Assembly (NCBI GenBank): GCA_043804515.1
Contig: JAZDIZ010000004.1
Span: 1-22,552, forward strand
Source: Pseudomonadota bacterium
Lineage (GTDB): Bacteria; Bdellovibrionota_G; JALEGL01; DATDPG01
Reading direction: 5' to 3'
Length of the DNA: 22,552 nucleotides
This document shows positions 15,493-22,552 of the stretch, one piece after another. Made by a program: the position numbers and the translations under genes. The notes under the pieces are model-generated. The model made no database searches, had not been told where the DNA came from, and saw only the letters and a program-made list of their open reading frames with translations. Positions within the stretch are counted from its first letter, which is position 1. Each line of letters starts with the position of its first letter.

Positions 15493-17100
15493 TCACGGCA
15501 TCATTTTCAAGCGGTCCAGCGCCTGCCGAGCCTTCTCGTATTCCGGATTGAGATCGAGCGCCTTTCGATACCATTGGCCGGCCGTTCGCATGTCGCCGGT
15601 CTTTTCCGAAAGGTAGCCCAGATTGTAGAGAGTCTGCGCGCTGCCCAGCTCCTCTTTGCGGGCCCGCAACAGAAGCGCCCGGGCCTCCCCGTACCGCCCC
15701 GTATCCGTGGCCCCGACGGCCGCGGCGTTGAGGCAGAAAACATGAGAGGGATTCCTGGAAAGAACCTCCGAGCAGGACTTCATAAGCATGGGAATGTTTC
15801 CCTCACGTTTGAAATGGAGCGCCAGCATTTCGTACGGGAGGTGGTTTGCCGGATTGTTGCTTATCGATCGGGCGAAGAGCGTCACGTCGTCCCGCCAATC
15901 CGAGTTGCGAGCGACGGTGAGCGCCGACAACATCGCAAGCCAGACCAAACCCGAGACGAATACGACCCGCCGGATCCAAGCCGGGAAGGGAACCGGCCTC
16001 CTTTCCAACAATTCTCCCAAGACGGCAACTCCCGCCAGAACCAGGCCCGCGTAGGGAAGGTAGAAATATCGTTCCGGTATCGATTTGACAAAGTCGAGAA
16101 CCGCGGCCGCCGGGATGCATCCGGCAAAGAAAGCCGTGAGGCCGAAGCCGACGCCCGGATTTGCTCGGAAACGGAGAACACATACGAGTGCGGCGCACAG
16201 GACCAGAGCCGCGATTATGAGATGATCCAAGCGGTAGACGGCCGAAACGGGAAGCGGGAAAAACATGTCCGACGCACTCGGAACCAACAGGACCCCGACA
16301 AACCGCTTGACCAACTCCGAAAAATTGGAGATCACGATCGGCGAGAGAAGGGACGCGGTATTTACCTTCACGATCTGGGCGCGGACAACCCATGCGGCAA
16401 GGACGAGAACCGAAGCCGGCGCGGCGAACCGGGCGACCCGAATCCTGAACTGCCGATCCGTTCCCCTCACAAAACACAACGCGGCCAACGCTAGAACCGG
16501 CACCAGAAAAAACGTCTCTTTCGAAAAACATCCGCCGAGCACGGCCAGAGAGAAAACGGCAAGGCGCCCCCATTCATGCTTGGGGTTGGTTTCCGGTCGG
16601 GGCAGCACCAAAAGCGAAGTCAGGCCGAAAAGCGCGGAAAGAAGGTCGAAGCGGGCGCTCACCCAAGTGACCGTCTCCACGACGATGGGATGCAGCGCGA
16701 ATGCGAGAGCCCCGAACCAGGCGATTCGCGGCGGTGCGTACCGCCGCAATAACAAGAACAGCAACACGGCGTTGAGCGCGTGAAGAAGGTCGTTGAACAG
16801 ATGGGAGCCCCACGGGCGCCCGTGGAACAGGCCGTAGTCCAGCAGGAAGGACGCCATCGGGAGGGGGCGATAAATTCCCGATTTTCGGGTTTCCCAGGAC
16901 GTTGCGGCCCAGGTCTGGACGGAGAAAATGTAAGGAAGAGACCGGACGGATCGAACGTAAGGGTTGTTTTCCACTTGATAGTGGTCGTCTTCAATCCATC
17001 CGTTGCGCAAGTTGGAGGCGAATACGACGAGAACCAGGGCGACGATCGAAAGAAGGGCCGGGACGGCCGTTTTCCGTGCAAACGTTTCCTTCCTCATCAA
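15493..17100 (-). CDS. TMTC-like GT-C glycosyltransferase with C-terminal TPRs
   Basis: Loop-1 EDD motif (WIEDDHYQVENNP), YRPL, H..N.LLHALN, FALHP..VETV.WVS.R.DLL, SKE, ERYFYLP, RN.DW.DD..LF, then TPRs. Confidence 0.87.
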   Translation of the reverse strand: MMRKETFARKTAVPALLSIVALVLVVFASNLRNGWIEDDHYQVENNPYVRSVRSLPYIFSVQTWAATSWETRKSGIYRPLPMASFLLDYGLFHGRPWGSHLFNDLLHALNAVLLFLLLRRYAPPRIAWFGALAFALHPIVVETVTWVSARFDLLSALFGLTSLLVLPRPETNPKHEWGRLAVFSLAVLGGCFSKETFFLVPVLALAALCFVRGTDRQFRIRVARFAAPASVLVLAAWVVRAQIVKVNTASLLSPIVISNFSELVKRFVGVLLVPSASDMFFPLPVSAVYRLDHLIIAALVLCAALVCVLRFRANPGVGFGLTAFFAGCIPAAAVLDFVKSIPERYFYLPYAGLVLAGVAVLGELLERRPVPFPAWIRRVVFVSGLVWLAMLSALTVARNSDWRDDVTLFARSISNNPANHLPYEMLALHFKREGNIPMLMKSCSEVLSRNPSHVFCLNAAAVGATDTGRYGEARALLLRARKEELGSAQTLYNLGYLSEKTGDMRTAGQWYRKALDLNPEYEKARQALDRLKMMP

Positions 17101-17194
17101 CCTTCGTTTAATTCATGTCCGTGGAGGCCGCAACGAATCTCCTTCATTTTTCCCTCCCGGCGGAGTTTACTGACTTCCTTGCCGGGGCCTTCGC

Positions 17195-18994
17195 ATGAAC
17201 CGTAGAACCGCCTTTAGCCTTGTGGGGATTCTGACGCTGGGCCTGGCTCTCCGAATCCTGTTCCTGACGGAATTTCGGGGAACGTATCTCCTGAGCCCCA
17301 TGCTCGATGCGAAGTGTTATCTCGACTGGGCGACACGGATCGCCACGCAGGATTTCTGGGGCCACGGGGTTTTCTTTCAAGCCCCTCTCTACCCTTATCT
17401 CATGGGTATTTTCTTCAAGGCATTCGGCATCCATCCGATCGCATGGATCGCCGTACAATATTCAATGACCTTGGCGACCGGGCTCCTCGTCTTCGCTCTG
17501 GCCCGGCGCTTCTTTGGAACGCCCGAGGCCCTCCTGGCAATGTCGTTGGTCGTCATCTACCCCGTGCTCATCTACTTCGATCACCTTCTGCTAAAAACCC
17601 CGTTGACGATCTTTTTGGCGACGGCGCTTCTGTTCCTGACGGAACGCGCCGCCGATTCCGACTCTTCCTGGACCTGGGCCGGAGCAGCGGGGTTCATCAC
17701 GGGCCTCGCGACATTGAACAACGAGAGCCTGCTTGCCGTCATCCCGTTCGCCTTGTTCTATGTGATTTTCAAGAGACGCGTGCGGCTGAAAGTATGGAAG
17801 CCATCTCTGGTGCGCGCCGCGGTCTTCGCACTTGCCGTATCCTTCCCCTTAGCCGCCTCCCTCGTCCGCAATCATGTCAAGACGGGGGATTGGGTGCTCA
17901 TCACCAACCAGGGAGGCGTCAATTTCTGGATTGGAAACAACCCCGCTGCGGATGGCGCCGAGAGCCGCCCCCCGGAACTCGCGCTGCGGGCTTCCAGCCA
18001 GTTCGAAGCGAAAGAGTTTCGAGAACGTGCCGAAGAGGCGTCCGGGAAAGCGCTAAGTCCCTCCGAGGTCTCCTCGTACTGGTACCGAAAGGGGTTTCAA
18101 TTCATTTCCGAACATCCGCGGCGTTTTCTGGAACTCACGGCCAGAAAAATCGCCCTCCTCGGGACGGCGGTCGAGATTCCCGACAATTACAATTTCCGGG
18201 CGTTTCACGACCGCAGCCATCTCTTGAAATTCCTGCCGTTTGGTTTCGGAACGCTTTTGGCTCTGGCCGTGGCCGGAACGTATCTGGCCCGTAAGTGGGC
18301 GGCCCGGCTGTTCTTTCCCCTCACGTTCGCCGGCGTGCAGATCGTTCTCTTGGCCCTGTACCATGTGAACTCCCGTTACCGGATGGTTCTTTTTCCCGTC
18401 CTGGCCCTGTTGGCCGCTCATGGGGTAACGGGACTCACCCAGGCGATTCGACAGCGTCGTTTCGGAGAGACGGCGGCAGCTCTATTCCTGGCCATACTCG
18501 CCTTTTCTTTCAGCAGGCTTCCTCTGTACGGAATCGACACGAGCGTGGACACGTATCAAGAGGCGATTTTCGAAATCGGGCAGGGCCGGTTGGATCGAGC
18601 GGAGACGCTGCTCTTGGAAACCGTGAAGCGCAACGATCGGAACGCGCCGGCGTGGACCGCCTTGGGAATGATTGACTTGAAACGGGACAGACCCGCAGTC
18701 GCCCTGGATCACTTGAACCGGTCCTACGAACTCAACCCGTATCTTGTGGGCACGTTGAACAATCGCGGCGCCGCATTGGCCGGATTGGGAAGGTTCAACG
18801 AGGCAGGTGGAATGTTCCGGGAGGCTCTGCGTTACGACGCGGAGAGTGCCACGGCTTTGTACAATCTGGCGCTCCTTTCGGCGCGCGAGCGCCGTTACTC
18901 TGAAGCCTTAGGCTTTCTCGCCCGAATCGTCGATTCGGACACACAGGCACGGGAACTCAAGAAGAAGCTCTTGGAGGCCGAAGGGAAACCCTAG
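17195..18994 (+). CDS. GT-C (PMT_2/ArnT-like) membrane glycosyltransferase with C-terminal TPRs
   Basis: D..CY..WA..I, FFQAPLYPY, Y.VLIYFD..LLKT, RN...GDWV.IT.QGG.NFWIGNNP.ADG, EIPDNY, SRYR motifs; TPR tail. Confidence 0.87.
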   Translation: MNRRTAFSLVGILTLGLALRILFLTEFRGTYLLSPMLDAKCYLDWATRIATQDFWGHGVFFQAPLYPYLMGIFFKAFGIHPIAWIAVQYSMTLATGLLVFALARRFFGTPEALLAMSLVVIYPVLIYFDHLLLKTPLTIFLATALLFLTERAADSDSSWTWAGAAGFITGLATLNNESLLAVIPFALFYVIFKRRVRLKVWKPSLVRAAVFALAVSFPLAASLVRNHVKTGDWVLITNQGGVNFWIGNNPAADGAESRPPELALRASSQFEAKEFRERAEEASGKALSPSEVSSYWYRKGFQFISEHPRRFLELTARKIALLGTAVEIPDNYNFRAFHDRSHLLKFLPFGFGTLLALAVAGTYLARKWAARLFFPLTFAGVQIVLLALYHVNSRYRMVLFPVLALLAAHGVTGLTQAIRQRRFGETAAALFLAILAFSFSRLPLYGIDTSVDTYQEAIFEIGQGRLDRAETLLLETVKRNDRNAPAWTALGMIDLKRDRPAVALDHLNRSYELNPYLVGTLNNRGAALAGLGRFNEAGGMFREALRYDAESATALYNLALLSARERRYSEALGFLARIVDSDTQARELKKKLLEAEGKP

Positions 18995-19004
18995 GGCGAT
19001 TCGC

Positions 19005-19706
19005 GTGAAGCTCTCGATCCTCATCCCCGTGTACAACGAGAGTCTCACGATCAACCGCGTCGTTGATGCCGCACGGGCCGCCCCTCTCCCGGGTGACGTG
19101 GAACGGGAACTCATCATCGTGGACGACGGATCCGTGGACGGCACGGCCGAGACTCTGGAGCAATACCGCCTCGATCCTTCGATCCGCCTGGTTCGCTTGG
19201 AGAGGAACCAGGGGAAGGGATCGGCGATTCGAGCCGGGATTCCTCACGCCACGGGGGATTGGATTTTGATTCAGGACGGGGACCTGGAATACGACCCTTC
19301 GGCGTACATGTCGATCGTGCAGGCCTTCATCGAGAAGAAGGTGCGCGTAGTGTACGGAAGCCGTTTCCTGGGTGTCATCGAGTCGATGGGATGGCCGTAC
19401 CGGCTCGTGAACCGGATGCTCACGGCCTGGACTAACCTTCTCTACGGAATTTCGATCACGGATGAGGCCACCGCATATAAGGCGTTCGAGACCCGCTTGC
19501 TCCGGGGCTTGCAGCTGAAATGCCGCCGATTCGAGTTCTGCCCGGAGGTCACGGGAATACTCTCGCGGCGAAAAATCCCGATCCACGAAGTCCCCGTACG
19601 CTATCTGGGAAGAACAACCGCCCAAGGAAAAAAGATCCGGTGGCACGATGCATTCGCGGCTTTCTGGGTGCTCTTGAGGGAACGGGTAGTTCGGCCGGAC
19701 GCTTGA
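19005..19706 (+). CDS. GT2-family glycosyltransferase (polyprenol-phosphate hexose synthase, DPM1-like)
   Basis: LSILIPVYNE, IIVDDGS.DGT, NQGKG.AIR.G, IQDGDLEYDP, VYGSRF, TDEATAYK, GKKIRW.D motifs. Confidence 0.92.
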   Translation: MKLSILIPVYNESLTINRVVDAARAAPLPGDVERELIIVDDGSVDGTAETLEQYRLDPSIRLVRLERNQGKGSAIRAGIPHATGDWILIQDGDLEYDPSAYMSIVQAFIEKKVRVVYGSRFLGVIESMGWPYRLVNRMLTAWTNLLYGISITDEATAYKAFETRLLRGLQLKCRRFEFCPEVTGILSRRKIPIHEVPVRYLGRTTAQGKKIRWHDAFAAFWVLLRERVVRPDA

Positions 19707-19738
19707 AGCCCTGGCGCACGAAATCGTGAGGGATCGGC

Positions 19739-20752
19739 TTAACTCAGGGCAACACCCATCAGGCGGCCTATGGAATACGTAACCGCACCCACCGCCGATC
19801 CGATCAGGAGCATCCGCAAACCGCTCCAGAGGGCCCTTCTTCCGGTGAAGAGACTGATCACACAGCCCACAACGAAAAGCGAAATCGCGGTAAGGCCGAT
19901 CGTAAGCCGAAGCTGCAAACCACCGTGGGTGAACAGGAACGGAATCAACGGGAGGAACGCGCCGACGGCAAACGCCATGAAAGAGGAGATTGCAGCACCC
20001 CACGGGGATCCCAATTCGGCCGGATTCAGGCCCAACTCCTCCTTCGCCAGGGTGTCCAGGGCCCTTTCGGGGTCCGCGATCAACTTCTCCGCCATGGCCT
20101 TGGCGTCGGCGGAAGGCACTCCTTTGGCTTCGTAAATCAGCCTGAGTTCCTCCGCCTCGTCTTCCGGGTACTCCTCGATCTCGTCCCGCTCCAGGCCGAT
20201 CTGGAACTCATACAGCTCGCGCTGGGATCGGACCGATATATATTCCCCCGCGCTCATCGAGAACGCCCCGGCCAAAAGACCGGCCACACCGGTCAACAAG
20301 ACCACCGACGGCTGCACGGAGGCCCCGGCGACGCCCAGAATGAGGCTCGCGTTCGATACCAGACCGTCATTGAAACCGAAGACCGCCGCCCGAAGATTAG
20401 CGCCGCCGGTCAACGCGCGATGGCGTTGCTCCCCATGGGGAGGCCGAAGGTCGCAATAAATCGAAATTCCCCGAACTTTCATTGCGGCCAGAACGGTAAG
20501 CATGGCGCGGGGACCGAACACGCTGAGAATTCCCGCCACGACGCGCGTCCGAAGATCGGGACTATACGCCTCAAGCTCTTTCCCGCCGCTCTTTCGGATC
20601 TTCTCGGCCCAAATCAAAGACTGCTCCTCCGCCGCCTCCGCGAGCGATCGGAACAGTTTTCCGCGGGACGGCTCCTTCTCCAGTTTCGCAATATGTCTGT
20701 AGAGATACGCCGACTGCTTTTCTTCGCTCCAGCTTTTCAGGAATCCGGCCAT
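19739..20752 (-). CDS. VIT1/CCC1-family Fe/Mn transporter with N-terminal ferritin/rubrerythrin-like domain
   Basis: N-terminal EE..SAYLY..IA..E...LF..LA.AAEEQ helices; LRAAVFG.NDGLVSN.SL, AGAFSMSAGEYISVRSQREL, EELG motifs. Confidence 0.92.
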   Translation of the reverse strand: MAGFLKSWSEEKQSAYLYRHIAKLEKEPSRGKLFRSLAEAAEEQSLIWAEKIRKSGGKELEAYSPDLRTRVVAGILSVFGPRAMLTVLAAMKVRGISIYCDLRPPHGEQRHRALTGGANLRAAVFGFNDGLVSNASLILGVAGASVQPSVVLLTGVAGLLAGAFSMSAGEYISVRSQRELYEFQIGLERDEIEEYPEDEAEELRLIYEAKGVPSADAKAMAEKLIADPERALDTLAKEELGLNPAELGSPWGAAISSFMAFAVGAFLPLIPFLFTHGGLQLRLTIGLTAISLFVVGCVISLFTGRRALWSGLRMLLIGSAVGAVTYSIGRLMGVALS

Positions 20753-20859
20753 GGCACGCTCATCCTCCCGGGAAGGGGGAGCTTACGTCAAGGGGCGTGG
20801 CAAATTCTAGTTTTGTGCTATCTTGTCGGCCGCGATCCGATAGGGGGTTTAAGAAAACT

Positions 20860-22383
20860 ATGGCGTTGAAAATCGAAGGCAAAGGTTTGAAGGCGGACGA
20901 TGTCGTCCGGGTTGCCCGCGCAGGTGAGAAGGTCGAGCTTTCCGATGATGCGCTGGAGCGGATCAAGAATTGCCGAAAAATGGTGGAAGCCCGGATCGGA
21001 AAAGGCACGCCGATGTACGGAATCAACACCGGCATCGGGAATCTCGTGGATGTGATCCTGACTCCGGCGCAGCAGGACGAGTTTCAGAAGTACTTGATCT
21101 ACAATCACGCCGCGGGGATCGGGGAGCCGTTCCCGATCGAAGTGGTCCGGGCCGCAATGTTCACCCGGGCCGCCGTTCACTCCATCGGCGTTTCGGGCTG
21201 CCGCCCGGAGATCACGCAGACGCTCATCGCGATGCTGAACAAGGGCGTCACTCCCATAGTTTGCACGCACGGCAGCGTGGGGGCATGCGGAGATCTCGCT
21301 CCGATGAGCCAAGTCGGCCTCCTGATGATGGGGGAAGGGGAAGCCTTCTATCAGGGCCAACGGATGAGCGGGAAAGAAGCGCTGAAGAAGGCCGGGATCC
21401 CGGTGCCGGGCCTCAAACCGCGTGACGGCCTCGCCACGATTAACGGAAGCAACTTCATTTTGGGAATAGGTTGCATTCAAACACACGACATCGAACGGTT
21501 CCTAAAGCAGGCGGAAATCGCCGCCTCCATGAGTCTGGAAGCGCTCAAAGCCAACCTGCAACCGTATCAGGACCGTCTTCACACCGCCCGCGGTTTTCCC
21601 GGCGCGATCGCCTCGGCCCGGAACATCCGTACCTGTGTCGAGGGAAGCGATCTTCTGAGCAAGGTGAAGACGAAACTTCAGGACGCGTACAGCATGAGGT
21701 CCACGCCGCAGGTGATCGGCGCCGCCCGGGACCAGCTCCGGCACACGCGCGCGCAACTCGAGATCGAACTGAACGGCGCGGCTGACAACCCTCTATTCTT
21801 TACGGATGAGGACGCGGTGTATACGGGCGCCAACTTCCAGGCTTCTCCCATCAGTCTCCCCTTGGACTCTCTGGGCGCGGCCGTCACGATGGTCTGTGTC
21901 CTGTCGGAGCGCCGCCTGAACCGCCTCTTGAACGAAGCCCTCAGCCAAGGCCTCCCGCCCTTCCTCACGCACAACGCCGGCCAGTTCTCCGGCCTCATGC
22001 TGAGCCAATATACGGCCGACATGCTGATCGTGGAGCAAAGACTGCTCTCCAGCCCTGCGTTCGTTCAGTCGATTCCGGCGGCGGCGGACCAGGAGGATTT
22101 CGTGAGTATGGGGATGAACACGGCGCACAAAACCGCGCGGATCCTTGAAAACGGCCAGGCCGTTCTGGGAATTGAGTTTATGGCGGCGGCGCAGGCGTTG
22201 GATTTCCGCGATTTCACCGTGGGGCGAGGGACGAAAGCCGCCCACAAGGAAGTCCGAAGGCACGTCGAGCACCTCCATGAAGACCGGCCCCTATACAAGG
22301 ATCACAACACGATGGCGAAGGTGGTGAAAGAGCTGGAGATTCTCAGGGCCGTGGAGGAGGCCATAGGATCACTGCAGAGTTAA
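20860..22383 (+). CDS. hutH: Histidine ammonia-lyase / MIO-dependent aromatic amino acid lyase
   Basis: YGINTG, NHAAG.G, SGCRPE, GSVGACGDLAP, RDGLA.ING, QDAYSMR..PQV.GA, DNP, GANF, SERR, QY, QEDFVSMG motifs. Start at ATG 20860. Confidence 0.88.
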   Translation: MALKIEGKGLKADDVVRVARAGEKVELSDDALERIKNCRKMVEARIGKGTPMYGINTGIGNLVDVILTPAQQDEFQKYLIYNHAAGIGEPFPIEVVRAAMFTRAAVHSIGVSGCRPEITQTLIAMLNKGVTPIVCTHGSVGACGDLAPMSQVGLLMMGEGEAFYQGQRMSGKEALKKAGIPVPGLKPRDGLATINGSNFILGIGCIQTHDIERFLKQAEIAASMSLEALKANLQPYQDRLHTARGFPGAIASARNIRTCVEGSDLLSKVKTKLQDAYSMRSTPQVIGAARDQLRHTRAQLEIELNGAADNPLFFTDEDAVYTGANFQASPISLPLDSLGAAVTMVCVLSERRLNRLLNEALSQGLPPFLTHNAGQFSGLMLSQYTADMLIVEQRLLSSPAFVQSIPAAADQEDFVSMGMNTAHKTARILENGQAVLGIEFMAAAQALDFRDFTVGRGTKAAHKEVRRHVEHLHEDRPLYKDHNTMAKVVKELEILRAVEEAIGSLQS

Positions 22384-22552
22384 CCCCCCTTTGTCAGGCA
22401 AAAAACTATTAAGGATTAATTGTGCATTCTCAGGACGTTGTTCATGTGGAGTTGCAGCCTTGAGATGGGTGGCACGTTTCCGAGGCTACCATGGGGTCGT
22501 TGGTGGTTGTAGATCTGTAACCAGAGTTTGAGGTTTTCGGTTCGTTTGCGAG

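Noticed and set aside
22384..22552. Possible sigma54 promoter (TGGCACG near 22471) or ncRNA at the window end
   Set aside because: Lacks the -12 TTGC element, and no recognisable RNA structure or downstream gene lies inside the window.

Overview
GC-rich bacterial window. The TIGR02147 gene, sigma54 promoters and small recombinase relic suggest a Bdellovibrionota/deltaproteobacterial-like host (inference only). The left ~7 kb looks like decayed genomic-island cargo: a higBA toxin-antitoxin pair, a P-loop NTPase + CYTH gene pair, and a six-gene arsenic-resistance operon (MerR-family regulator, acr3, arsC-arsP fusion, arsE/F/G-like). Two degenerate tRNA-Asp-like 3' ends bracket the operon, with a recombinase pseudogene beside it. 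The main observation is that this ars operon has no ArsR. It is headed by a MerR-family gene with a mer-type operator and a rewired cysteine set (C117 lost, C126-C127-x4-C132 present), making it a candidate arsenic-sensing MerR activator. The middle holds a membrane spermidine-synthase-like gene, a TIGR02147 HTH gene flanked by phased GTTAAC boxes, a beta-propeller lipoprotein, and two tandem-duplicated sigma54-driven Pro/Thr-linker proteins with different C-terminal domains. The right end holds a TMTC-like/GT-C/GT2 glycosylation cluster, a ferritin-like/VIT1 transporter and a histidine ammonia-lyase with an Ala-Cys-Gly MIO triad. No rRNA, intact tRNA or CRISPR array was seen. All family calls come from motif recognition by eye, not database searches.
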